A stretch of DNA of 64,000 bases, from NCBI GenBank assembly GCA_963829925.1, contig CAWHKQ010000016.1:74213-138212 (forward strand). The letters are read 5' to 3'. Of this stretch, positions 24,226-34,515 are shown in pieces. This stretch comes from an uncultured Acidobacteriota bacterium (GTDB lineage Bacteria > Acidobacteriota > Thermoanaerobaculia > UBA5066 > Gp7-AA6). A program made the translations under genes and the position numbers. Every line of letters begins with the position of its first letter. The stretch's first letter is position 1. The notes under the pieces were generated by a model that had not been told where the DNA came from, made no database searches, and worked only from the letters and a program-made list of their open reading frames with translations.

Positions 24226-24945
24226 TCATGACGCAGCGCGGCCAGCGCGATCTCCGGGCTGAAACGCGACGACCGCGAAGAACAGGGCGATCGCCGGCAG
24301 GATCCAGGCGGGCCGGCGGCGCCGCAGGTCGAGGTCCTTGAAGGAGCGATACCGGATCGTCGAGATCATCAGGTAGGACAGGACGATCGTCAGGGCCAGG
24401 AGGCCACCCATCCAGACGCGCGAGACCAGGCGCTCCGGAGTCGCGAGGACGAGGGTCGCGATCGTACGCCGGCGGCCATCGGAATCGGCAGGCCGACGAA
24501 GTAGCGTCTTGTCGGCGACGTGCGTCTGGATGTTGAACCGCGCGAGACGCATCGAGCCGCAGACCACGAAGAGGAACGAGGCCATCCAGCCGAGCCGGTG
24601 AAAGTCGGCGAGCCCCCAGGAGTAGGCCAGCACGGCCGGCGCGACTCCGAAGGACACCAGGTCGGCCAGGGAGTCGTACTCCTCGCCGAACCTCGAGGTC
24701 GAATGCGTCAGCCGCGCGATCCGCCCGTCGAGCCCGTCGAGGATTCCGGCCGCGATGATCAGGAGCGCGGCCGTCTCGAAGGTCCCGCGGATCGAGCACC
24801 AGATCGACAGGTAGCCGCAGAAGAGGTTCCCGACGGTGAAGAGCGTCGGGAGGATGAAGAGACCTCGCGAGAGCCGGCCGGGCTCGCCCGCCGAGACGAG
24901 TGCGCGGCCGGGGAAGCTCGGCGGGCGGAAGCGCCCCGCTGCCCC
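24226..24945 (-). CDS. pssA: CDP-diacylglycerol--serine O-phosphatidyltransferase, frameshifted; both ends approximate (3' end may extend to about 24150)
   Basis: CDP-alcohol phosphatidyltransferase motif ILDGLDGRIARLTHSTSRFGEEYDSLADLVSFGVAPA, preceded by LFILPTLFTVGNLFCGYLSI. The C-terminal TM part is in ORF 24226..24657, with a local compensating frame hop near 24480. Confidence 0.8.
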   Translation of the reverse strand, partial: GAAGRFRPPSFPGRALVSAGEPGRLSRGLFILPTLFTVGNLFCGYLSIWCSIRGTFETAALLIIAAGILDGLDGRIARLTHSTSRFGEEYDSLADLVSFGVAPAVLAYSWGLADFHRLGWMASFLFVVCGSMRLARFNIQTHVADKTLLRRPADSDGRRRTIATLVLATPERLVSRVWMGGLLALTIVLSYLMISTIRYRSFKDLDLRRRRPAWILPAIALFFAVVAFQPGDRAGRAAS

Positions 24946-24949
24946 CCAG

Positions 24950-25572
24950 CGGGCGACCGCGGCTCGAGCCGGCCTTGAGCTTGTCGCCCTTGGCCACCAG
25001 GACCTCGGCGCCGTCGGGGACGAAGAGGTCGACGCGGGACCCGAAGTTGATCAGCCCGATACGGTCGCCTCGCCGGAGCCGTCGCCGACGCGGGGATAGA
25101 AAACGATCCGGCGTGCGAGCGCGCCCGCGATCTGCTTGAAGGTGACGGCCTCCGTGCGCGCTCGACGAGCGTGATCCGGGTCTGCTCGTTCTCGAGGCGA
25201 CGCCTTGTCGTCGAAAGCCGCCATCTGCGGCCCGCGCACGTAGTCGTAGTCGGCGAGGTCGCCCGGTCACCGGCGACGCGGTTCACGTGGCAGTTGAAGA
25301 CCGACATGAAGATCGAGAGGCGGCGGCGGGCGCCGGGCGGAGCTTCGGGCGCGTCGGCGACGGACAGGACCGTGCCGTCGGCGGGCGAGACGATCGTGTC
25401 CTCGTCGCCCTGCGGGCGTGCGGTCGGGGTCGCGAAAGAACTGGATCAGGAAGAGCGAGAGAGCCCGAGAGAAGACCGCGACGATGGGTCGGCCCGAGAG
25501 CGCGGCGAGCGCACCGGCGATCAGCGGTGGAAGGATGAAGACCCAACCTTCCCGGGCGATCGGGATCCTCAG
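24950..25572 (-). CDS. psd: phosphatidylserine decarboxylase family protein (short form), at least 3 apparent frameshifts; ends approximate
   Basis: IPIAREGWVFILPPLIAGALAAL...FFRDPDRTP...SIFMSVFNCHVNR...GDRIGLINFGSRVDLFVPDGAEVLVAKGDKLKAGSS, spread over three minus frames. It lies immediately upstream of pssA. No canonical start codon is visible. Confidence 0.78.
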
Positions 25573-25794
25573 TGCGCGACCCCGTCACGGCGGTTGCGGG
25601 CGATCGCCTCCATGCGGTCCTTCAGGAAGAGCTTCTCCTTCTTGAGACGCTTTCTCCTCCAGTTCTTCGTCCTCGGACAGGCGGGACTTTGCCGCCAGCA
25701 CGTGGAGCCGCTCCTCGTGGCTGCGATGCTCCTCGTTCAGGCGGCGAAACTCCGGGTCGGCGACGGGCGTTTCCTCTCTGTTCCCGTTTTCCAT
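25569..25794 (-). CDS. DUF465 (YdcH-like) small protein, one apparent frameshift
   Basis: MENGNREETPVADPEFRRLNEEHRSHEERLHVLAAKSRLSEDEELEEK, then after a 1-nt slip at an AAA run, RLKKEKLFLKDRMEAIARNRRDGVAH and stop (TGA 25569-25571). Confidence 0.7.
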
Positions 25795-25923
25795 CGGGTC
25801 AACCCTCCATGTTTTGTATTGGGTGAAGAGGGGGGGCGGGATCACGGCCCCAGTCTAGCCCCGCAGTCCCGGGGATTCAACGGGTGGAAAAAGGCGCCGC
25901 CGCAGGCTCCGGGAGGCCGCGGA

Positions 25924-26412
25924 TCAGGGCTTGCCCGGGCTCAGGGTCAGGACGAGGACGAGGGCGTCCTGTCCGTCCTGGTAGTAAGCGCGGCGCCGGT
26001 ACGCCTCGGTGAAGCCGTAGGAACGGTAGAACTGGCGGGCCGCGGTGTTGGAGACGCGGACCTCGAGCGTGATGGCGCCCGACCCCATCGCCCGGGCGCG
26101 CGCGAGGGCGTCTTCGAGCAGGAGCCGGCCGAAGCCCTGCTGCCGCAAGCGCGAATCGGTCGCGATCTTGTTGATGTGGAACTCTTCGTAGAGGGACACC
26201 GCGAAGAGGTAGCCGCCGATCCGCGGCTCCTCCCCGTCGTCGCGCCCGAGCACCCGGATGTAGCGATGCGGCTCGACGAGCTCGCTCGCGAAGAACTCCT
26301 TCTTCCAGGGGACCGGGAAAGACTCCGCCTCGATCCGGGCGACCTCGTCGAGGTCGAACGGCCCGGCCGCGCGAAGCCGGTAGGGCGAGGGCTGAGGCTC
26401 ACGGAGCGCCAC
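25924..26412 (-). CDS. rimI: ribosomal-protein-alanine N-acetyltransferase (GNAT)
   Basis: Tail of ORF 25924..27420: DEVARIEAESFPVPWKKEFFASEL...IGGYLFAVSLYEEFHINKIATDSRLRQQGFGRLLLEDALARARAMGSGAITLEVRVSNTAARQFYRSYGF. The GTG start at 26412 overlaps the tsaB stop, the classic tsaB-rimI pairing. Confidence 0.85.
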   Translation of the reverse strand: MALREPQPSPYRLRAAGPFDLDEVARIEAESFPVPWKKEFFASELVEPHRYIRVLGRDDGEEPRIGGYLFAVSLYEEFHINKIATDSRLRQQGFGRLLLEDALARARAMGSGAITLEVRVSNTAARQFYRSYGFTEAYRRRAYYQDGQDALVLVLTLSPGKP

Positions 26413-27038
26413 GCTTCTCCTCGGCGGCGCTCGGCCGCGAATAGATCGCCGCGAGGGGCGAGCCCACGGGCCGCGGCGCCCGCGCCACCGCCCGGGCAAG
26501 CGCGGCGGCCACGCTCGCTCCCTCCGGCGGGGAGGGCCAGCCCGCGAGGCCGGCGGGAAGAGCCGCCACGGGCCCCTCCTCCGAGAGACGGGCCGCGTCG
26601 CCGAGCCTGACCAGGCGCGCCGGCGCGAGCGAGCGGGCGCGGTCCCCGTCGAGGGCGAAGGTCTCGCAGACCAGGTCGCCCCGGCCAGCGTCGAGAACGC
26701 GGCGACGACGCGCAGGTCCGCGCGGCCGCGGGCCGACTTCGGCGAGAGCCTCGAGCGTCGAGACGGCCTCGACCGGAATTCCGAGAGCGCGGCCGAGGCC
26801 CCAGGCCGTGGCGAGTCCGACGCGAACGCCGGTGAAGGAGCCCGGCCCCGCGCACACGGCGATGCGGTCGCACTCGTCGACGCGCATGCCCGCGGCATCG
26901 AGCAGGCGGCGGACCGCCGGGAAGGAGCTCCTCGGAGGCGCGCCGATCCGAGGAGAGCGTTTCCTCGAAGATCTCGCCGCGCGCCAGAAGGCAGACGGAA
27001 GGGCCGGGGGTGGCCGTGTCGAGCGCGAGAACGTTCAT
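26399..27038 (-). CDS. tsaB: tRNA threonylcarbamoyladenosine biosynthesis protein TsaB, about 2 apparent frameshifts
   Basis: [26 protein letters not shown] (ORF 25947..27038) continues in ORF 26399..26887 ([31 protein letters not shown]). Confidence 0.85.
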
Positions 27039-27093
27039 CTGCAGGCGCGGCGCCGGAGCCGCGAGTTCTCCATACGATTATGCTAGCACCGGC

Positions 27094-29687
27094 GTGAGCG
27101 CAACCGTTCCCCGCGTCACTCCGATGCTCCGGCAGTACTTCGAGATGAAGAGCCGGGTTCCGGACGCCATCCTGCTGTACCGGATGGGCGACTTCTACGA
27201 GATGTTCTTCGACGACGCCCGGGAGGCGGCCCCTCTGCTCGGCATCGCGCTCACGAAGCGTCACCGCGACTCCGACATCGAGGCGCCGATGTGCGGCGTG
27301 CCGCACCAGGCCGTGGACCATCACATCGCCAAGCTCGTGGCCGCGGGGCGCAAGGTCGCGATCTGCGACCAGGTCGAGGACCCGCGGGCCGCGCAAGGGG
27401 CTGGTGCGCCGGGACATCACTCGGGTCGTGACCCCGGGACCGTTCTCGACCCCGAGTCCCTCGATCCCGAACGCCCCGTCCTACCTCGCGGCCGTCCTGC
27501 CGGGCCGGGCCGAGCACTGGGGCGTCGCGTTTCTGGACCTGTCGACGGGGCACTTCTTCGCGGCGGACGGTGCCGGCGCCCGCGTCCCGGATGCGCTGGC
27601 GCTGTTTCGCCCGCGCGAGATCCTGCTGCCGGAGCGAGCGCCGCGGAGCCGGCCTTCGCGGCCGCTCTCTCGCGACGCGCGGGAAAGCTGGTGGGTCGAG
27701 GCCGCGACGGCCCTGGCCCGGGCGGATGGTCTGGCGGAGGCCGCTGCATGCGGCCGCCGCCGCGGCGCGGGCCTATGCGGCGCGCAGATGCGCCCCGGAG
27801 GTCTGGGTCACGTGGGGAGCCCCGGCGCCGCTCTCCTTCGACCGCCGGATGGGGCTGGACGCCTCGGCGGTCGCGACCCTCGAGCTCTTCGAGTCGGCTG
27901 ACGGCTCGACGTCGCGAAGCCTCTTCTGCCTGCTCGACCGGACACGCACGCCGCTCGGCGCGCGCGCTCTGCGGGAGACCCTGGCCCACCCGTCCCTCGA
28001 TCCCGTGCGAGCTCGAGTCGCGCTGGGACGCCGTGGAGGAGCTCGTGCGCCGCGCCGACGCGGCCGAGGCCCTCCAGGCGGCGCTCGCCGGCGTCGGCGA
28101 CCTCGAGCGCCGCTTCGCGCGGATTGCCGTCGGGACGGCGGGACCGCGGGAAGTCGCGGCTCTGGCCGCCGGGCTCAGGAGCGTCGCCGGCGGTGGCCGC
28201 GGCGGCCTCGGCGTTGTCCTGCCGCGCGCCTGCGCTGGCTGGTCGACACGATTCCCGCGACGCGCCGACTGCGTGTCGCGCGTCGAGGCGATTCTCGTCC
28301 CCGATCCTCCCGTTCTCGCTCGCGGCGGGCGGGGCGATCCGCGGAAGGCGCCGATCCCGAGCTCGACGATGCTGCGCGCTCTGCGCCGCGACGCGCAAGA
28401 CCGCCATTCTCGCCATCGAGGCCGAAGAGCGGCGGCGCTCCGGAATCCCGACCGTCAAGGTCCGCTTCAACCGCGTCTTCGGATACTCGCTGGAGGTCGC
28501 GCAACGCGCACCGCGACAAGGTTCCGGCGGACTGGATCCGCAAGCAGTCGCTGGCCAACGCCGAGCGCTACGTCACGCCGGCGCTCAAGGAGCTCGAAGA
28601 GAAGATCCTCGGCGCCGAAGACCGCATCGCGCGCGATCGAGGCCCGGCTCTACGCGTCGCTGCTGTCCGAGCTCGCCCGGGCGCGGGGACCGGATCGCCG
28701 CACGGCCGGCGGCGATCGGCGAGCTCGACCTCTTCGCCTCGCTTCGCCGAGGTCGCGCGGTCGCGGCCGCTGGGTGCGGCCGCGGCTTTCGACGACAGCC
28801 CGCGGCTCTGACGATCGTGCGAGGGGCGGCACCCGCTCGTCGAGCGGCTGCGCCGCGCGGAGGCCGTTCGTCCCGAACGACACCGACCTGGAACGGTCAG
28901 CGCCGGATTCAGCTCGTCACCGGTCCGAACATGGGCGGGAAGTCGACGTACCTGCGCCAGGTCGCGACGATCGTGCTCCTCGCGCAGGCCGGCTCGTTCG
29001 TGCCGGCCGCGAGCGGCCGAGCTCGTCCGTCTGCGACCGGATCTTCACGCGCGTCGGCGCCGCCGACCACCTCTCGCGCGGCGAGTCGACGTTCATGGTC
29101 GAGATGCTCGAGATCGGCGGCGATCCTGCGCGAATGCCACGCCGCGCGAGCCTCGTGATCCTCGACGAGGTCGGGCGCGGCACGTCGACGTTCGACGGGC
29201 TCTCGATCGCGTGGGCGTTGCTGGAGTACCTGCACGACGCGCCGGCGAAGGCCGCGTTCATGCTCTTCGCGACGCACTACCACGAGCTGACCGAGATCGC
29301 GCTCGTCAAGCCGGCGGTCGTCAACGCGACGATGGCCGTGAGGGAGATCGGCGGCCGCGTCGTGTTCCTGCGCAAGGTCGATCCCGGGGGCCGCCGACCG
29401 CAGCTACGGAATCCAGGTCGGCGCAGCTCGCCGGCCTTCCGGCGGAGGTCACGGAGCGGGCCCGGGAGGTCCTCGGGAACCTGGAGAAACAGGAGCTCGA
29501 CGTCGAGGGCGCGCCCGTGATCGCTCGCCGGCAGGGCGAGAGCGCGGGAAGCGGTCAGTTCCTTCTCTTTTCGGCGGAGGAGGAGCTCGCGCTCGAGAAG
29601 CTGCGGGCGGTCGACCTGGACCAGATGACTCCGGTGGCGTCGCTGTCCCTCCTGGCGGCGCTGCAGCAGCGGCTCAAGGGAAAGTGA
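27094..29687 (+). CDS. mutS: DNA mismatch repair protein MutS, many apparent frameshifts
   Basis: [48 protein letters not shown]...[31 protein letters not shown]; later [63 protein letters not shown] and FATHYHELT, in alternating frames. Stop at 29687. Confidence 0.9.
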
Positions 29688-30669
29688 GCTCGCGGCTCTT
29701 CGGGGTCGGAATCGCCGGGACCGGGCTCTCGGACGCCGAACGGGACATTCTCGCCGCCCATCCGCCGTACGGCGTCATCCTGTTCCGCCGCAACATCGAG
29801 TCGCTCGCGACAGCTCGAGGCCCTGCTCGCCGAGCTGCGGGAGGCGGGGGCGGCGATTTCTCTTTCTCGACCAGGAGGGCGGACCCGTCGATCGCCTCCG
29901 GGACGTGCTGGCGCCGGCGCCCTCGCTGCAGCGTGCCGCGCGGCTCGGGCTGGCGCGGACGGCGGGAGATCTCGCCGGGGGCTGCGCTCCGCAGTCTCGG
30001 CTTCGACGTGGACCTCGCTCCGGTGGTCGACCGCGGCTTGCCCGCCGCGGGCGCTCTGGTTCTGGGAGAGCGCTCCGCTTCGGATCGACCCGGCCGCCAT
30101 CGAGCGCGCGGCCGCGCGAGTTTCTCGCGGGCCTCCATCGCGGCCGGAATCGGCGGATGCCTCAAGCATTTCCCGGGGCTCGGCCGCGCGCAGCTCGACA
30201 CGCACCAGTCTCTGCCGGTGCTCGAGGCGGACCCCGCGTGAGGTGGCGATGGACCTCGGCGCCCTTCGTGCGCCCTCATGGCAAACGCGCGGCGCGATCA
30301 TGATCTCGCACGCCGCCGGCGCGCGACGGGATTCCCGCGTCGCTGTCGGAAGCGGCGGCGACCGGGCTCCTGCGGAACCGCCTGCGGCTTCACGGGAGCG
30401 GCTTTTTCGACGACCTCGAGATGGGCGCGCTCGACGCCTTCGGAGAGCTCCCCGAGCGTTGCGCGCGCGCCGCGGCGGCCGGATGCGACCTCCTGTTCGT
30501 CTGCCGCCGGATCGAGACGTATCCGGCGTGCGTCGCGGCCGTCGAAGCGCCTGGTGCCGGAGTCCCGGCGCCTCGAGGCGGCCGGACGCCTGCAGGCCTA
30601 CGCTGCGCACCTCGCGGCGCTCCGCCGCGCGGACGCCGGCGGAGCCCGTCTCGGTCGCGGGTCTGGTAG
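29684..30669 (+). CDS. nagZ: beta-N-acetylhexosaminidase (glycoside hydrolase family 3, NagZ-like), frameshifted; 3' end uncertain
   Basis: The GTG start overlaps the mutS stop. [50 protein letters not shown], and the GH3 motif [21 protein letters not shown]. Later fragments are in ORFs 30243.., 30278.. and 30421..30669. Confidence 0.75.
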
Positions 30670-30713
30670 CCGAGGATTCGCGATTTCGGATAGCCGTCAT
30701 CCTGGGCGGGGCC

Positions 30714-31019
30714 TCAGGCGGCTGCGCTCGATGACGGCACGCCCAGGACGAGCATCTTCGCCCGGGCGCAGCTCTGCGGAGAGCCTTGCCCGCGGCGTAC
30801 TCGGGCGAGTCCCACCATTCCTGCGCCCGCGCGAGGCTCGGGAACTCCACGATCACGAGACGCTTCGGCGACCAGCGAGCCCTCGAGGACCTCGGTGCGG
30901 CCCCCGCGGGCGACATACCGCCCGCCGTAGGCCGCGATGGCAGGCGGCGCGAGCTTCTTGTACTCCTCGTAGCGGTCCGGGTCCTCGACCTCGATCTCGG
31001 CGACGACGTAGGCAGGCCG
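30714..31019 (-). CDS. DUF1330 domain protein, frameshifted; start codon not visible
   Basis: Stitched minus-strand reading [76 protein letters not shown]. It lies directly downstream of ssb. Confidence 0.6.
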   Translation of the reverse strand, partial: RPAYVVAEIEVEDPDRYEEYKKLAPPAIAAYGGRYVARGGRTEVLEGSLVAEASRDRGVPEPRAGAGMVGLARVRRGQGSPQSCARAKMLVLGVPSSSAAA

Positions 31020-31031
31020 GCGCCGGCCCGG

Positions 31032-31462
31032 CTAGAAAGGCACGTCGTCGTCGTAGGCGCCGGCTCCGGCCGTCGCCGGCTCCGGAGCTGTCCGCCACCT
31101 CCCGGGCGCCGGCGCCGCGGGCGCCCGTCTCCCGGCGCCCGAGCATCACGACGTTGGAGGCCTTGACCTCCGTCTTGTACCTCTTCTGTCCGTTCTGGTC
31201 CTCCCAGCTTCGCGTCTGGAGGCTGCCCTCGACGTAGACCTGTTTCCCCTTCTGGAGATACTCGCCGCAGATCTGCGCGAGCTTCTCCCACGGCGACGAT
31301 GTCGTGCCACTCGGTGCGTTCCTGCTTGGCGCCCGAGGCGTCCTTCCACGCGGTGGTCGTCGCGACCGAGAACCGCGCGAGGGTCGTGCCCTGCGGCGTG
31401 GTCCGGACCTCCGGGTCCTTTCCGAGGTTTCCGATCAGGATGACTTTGTTGACGCTGGCCAT
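31032..31462 (-). CDS. ssb: single-stranded DNA-binding protein, about 2 apparent frameshifts
   Basis: [57 protein letters not shown], then in other frames [49 protein letters not shown], and the hallmark acidic tail DDDVPF followed by TAG (31032-31034). Confidence 0.9.
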
Positions 31463-31485
31463 GTGTTCGCCCTCCTTTCAGGTGC

Positions 31486-31525
31486 TGGAAACATATTCCA
31501 CTTTCGGTGGGACACATGATGTCCC
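31486..31525. promoter_or_regulatory. two short perfect inverted repeats in the ssb/murJ divergent spacer (candidate operator sites)
   Basis: TGGAA-ACATA-TTCCA at 31486-31500 and GGGACA-CATGA-TGTCCC at 31509-31525, in an unusually AT-rich patch. Confidence 0.3.
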
Positions 31526-31540
31526 GGCGAAACGTGCGGC

Positions 31541-31546
31541 TAGAAT
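31541..31546 (+). promoter_or_regulatory. candidate -10 box TAGAAT upstream of murJ
   Basis: gcTAGAATCtgg lies 11 nt before ATG 31558. This argues that murJ starts at 31558 rather than at the earlier in-frame GTG/ATG codons (31507, 31516). Confidence 0.35.
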
Positions 31547-31557
31547 CTGGCAAACCG

Positions 31558-33136
31558 ATGCCCGAGAACGAGATCGAGGAGACCCGCGGACGCCTGGTCC
31601 GCTCCGCCTCGACGATCACGCCCCTGACGCTGCTTTCCCGCGTCACGGGCTACCTGCGGGACAAGGTCATCGCGGTCACGCTCGGCGCCGGGCTGCGCTC
31701 GGACGCGTTCTTCGTGGCGTTCCGAATCCCGAACATGCTCCGCGAGATCATCGGCGAGGGCGCCATGTCTTCCGCGGTCATCCCGGTGTACGTCGGCGTC
31801 TCCGCGGAGCGCAGCGAGGAGGAGGCGCGGGCCTTCGTCGGCCGGATCGCCGCCACGTTCGCGCTGCTGCTCGCCGGGATCACCGTCGTGGGGATCCTGA
31901 TCTCGCCCTGGCTCGTGACCCTCCTGGCCGCGCAGTTCCGGGAGACGCCCGGGAAGTTCGAGCTGACGGTCGTGCTGAACCGCTGGCTCTTTCCGTACAT
32001 CCTGCTGGTTTCTCTGTCGGCCCTCTGTCAGGCGCTGCTCAACGCCCACCGGAGGTTCGCCGTCTCGGCCGCGGCGCCGATCCTGCTCAACGTCTCGATG
32101 ATTCTGGCCGCGCTGTTTCTCTCGCCCCGCCTCGCGGATCCGACTTACGGCCTGGTCGCGGGAGTGCTCGTCGGCGGCGCTCTCCAGATCGCGATTCAGC
32201 TCCCGCTGCTCGCGCGCCTGCGCGCGATCGGCCGGCCGGCGCTCGGCTGGAAGGATCCGGCCGTGCGCTCCGTCCTGCTCCTGATGGCGCCCCGGCTCCT
32301 GGCTTATGGAATCGCCGCGGTGAATACCGTCGTCTCGACGCGCTTCGCGGCCGGGCTCGGAAACGCCAGCGTCTCGCACCTCTATTACGCCAACCGCCTG
32401 AAAGAGCTCGTCCTCGGCGGCTTCGCCGTCGCCGTCGCCACGGCGATCCTGCCGCTGCTTTCGACGGCAGGCCCTCGCCGAGGACCGGGGCCCGTTCAAG
32501 GAAAACCTCGCCTTCGCGCTGCGCCTCATCGCGTTCGTCACCATTCCGGCGAGCGTCGGGCTGATCGTGCTCCAGGTTCCGATCGTCCGGGTCCTGTTCG
32601 AGGGCGGGCGATTCGGACCCGCCGACACCGCAGCCACCGCGGGAGCCCTGGCAACGCTCGCGATCGGCCTTTTCTTCTTCGCCGGCATCCGCGTCATCGT
32701 CCCGGCCTTCTACGCGCTCAAGAACACGACGCTTCCCGTCGCCGCGGCCGCTGCGGATGCGCTCACGTTCCTGGTGCTGTGCTTCATTTTGTCGCGGCCG
32801 TTCGGCCTTCCCGGCATCGGGCTCGCCGCCTCGGCCTCGGCAGCCGTCAACGTGACCTTTCTCCTGACGGCGCTGCGTCGGCGGGAGGGGCGCCTGCGGG
32901 GCCGTCAAATCGCAGCCTCGCTCGCCCGCGTGCTCGCGGCCTCGGTTTTGATGGGCGGTCTTCTCCTCGCGGTTCTCCGGTTCGTACCCGCGGATCGCAT
33001 CGCCGGCTGGAGGGGGGCCGTGCTGCTGGCCGCGCTCATCGGAGGTGCCGGCCTCTTCTACGGAGTCGCCGCCCACCTGCTGGGAGCCCCCGAGCCCGCG
33101 GAGCTGCGGCGCGTGGCGTGGCGAAGACCGCGATGA
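31558..33136 (+). CDS. murJ: lipid II flippase MurJ (MviN), 2 apparent frameshifts
   Basis: LVRSASTITPLTLLSRVTGYLRDKVIAVTLGAGLRSDAFFVAFRIPNMLREIIGEGAMSSAVIPVY... in ORF 31507..33594. A local frame excursion runs about 32470-32560. The C-terminus is in ORF 32567..33136 (VRVLFEGGRFGPADTAATAGAL...VIVPAFYALKNT). Confidence 0.88.
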
Positions 33137-33594
33137 AGCTGGTCATCCAGCGCGTCTCGAGCGCGAGCGTCCGGGTCGACGGCGGCGTCACGGGGGAGAT
33201 CGCGCTCGGATTCCTGGTGCTCCTGGGAGCCGAAGCGGGCGACACGGCGGCCGACGCCGAGGAGGCGGCGCGCAAGGTCGCCGGACTGCGCGTCTTCGAG
33301 GACGCGGACGGGAAGATGAACCTCTCGCTGGCCGACGTCGGCGGCTCGGCCCTCGTCGTCTCGCAGTTCACCCTCGCGGCGGATCTGTCGCGCGGGCGCC
33401 GGCCCGGGTTCGAACGGGCCCTTCCGGGCCGGGACGCCCAGCCGCTGTACGAGCATTTCGTCTCGGCGCTCGCGGCGCAGGGCGTGCCGGTCGCGACGGG
33501 CGTCTTCGGCGCGACGATGCAGGTGGCGCTGGTCAACGAAGGTCCGGCGACCTTCCTCCTGGAAGTGAAGGGCGCGGGGCGGGCGTCGGGCTAG
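33133..33594 (+). CDS. dtd: D-aminoacyl-tRNA deacylase, intact
   Basis: MKLVIQRVSSASVRVDGGVTGEIALGFLVLLG...KVAGLRVFEDADGKMNLSL...LVVSQFTLAAD...GRRPGF. The ATG overlaps the murJ stop (ATGA). Confidence 0.9.
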   Translation: MKLVIQRVSSASVRVDGGVTGEIALGFLVLLGAEAGDTAADAEEAARKVAGLRVFEDADGKMNLSLADVGGSALVVSQFTLAADLSRGRRPGFERALPGRDAQPLYEHFVSALAAQGVPVATGVFGATMQVALVNEGPATFLLEVKGAGRASG

Positions 33595-34515
33595 ATCTGC
33601 TCGATCGGCCTGGGCGAGAAGCAGAGCAGGAAGACGGCCACGCACAGGAAGGCGACGAGCAGCCTGGCGAAATCGAGGGTCTCGGCGTCGTCGTCGACGG
33701 GCGGATGCGCCAGACCGATCAGGAGGACGACGACGCCGGGAAACACGATCCAGACCGGCGAGCCCGCGGCGATCCCGACGACGACGCACAACCCGAGTAC
33801 CACCGCCGACACGATCGGCTGCCGCCGCCCGACGGCCGCGCGCAGGACGTGGCCCCCGTCGAGCTGGCCGAGAGGCAGGAGATTCAGCGTCGTCACGAGC
33901 AGGCCGAACCACGCGGCCATGAACGTCGGATGCTCGTGCACCGTGGCGCTCGTGTACGGCCCGACGCCGACCCACCGCTGGGCCCACTGAACGATCAGCG
34001 GGTAGTGGAAGAGCCAGGTCCCGGGAACCAGGGGTGTCGTCGAGGGCCGCGGGTGGGCCACGCCGTACAGGAGAAACGGCAGCGTCGCGAAGAATCCGGC
34101 GAGAGGCCCCGCCGCGCCGACGTCGAGCAGCACGCGCTTCGTGCGGATCGGCTCCTTGATGCGGATGAGCGCGCCGAAGGTTCCGGGGAGCACGAAGAGG
34201 AACGGCGACGGAATGAAATACGGGAGAGTGGCGGCCACGCCGTAGCGCCGGCACATCGCGTAGTGTCCGAGCTCATGCACGCCGAGGATCGTCATCAGGG
34301 GAATCGCGAACGGCAAACCCGTCCGCGAAGCGCCCGCCGAGCAGCGGTCCGCCCCCCTGCGTGAACGCCGCGCCGCCCGTCAGCGTCGTCGTCACGAAGG
34401 TCGCGGCGAAGAGTCCGAAGTGGAAGAGCGGATGTTCCCGGACTCGGCGCCATCCCCTCGCCGGAGGCGGCGGGGGGTCGATGAACGGATCGCCGGGGTC
34501 GGAGGTACCGCTCAG
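33591..34515 (-). CDS. site-2 protease family (peptidase M50) membrane metalloprotease, one apparent frameshift; start approximate
   Basis: The N-terminal part is in ORF 34273..34869 (HPLFHFGLFAATFVTTTLTGG). The rest is in ORF 33591..34316, with the zinc motif LGVHELGHYAMCRRYG and the downstream NLLPLGQLDGGHV. Confidence 0.82.
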
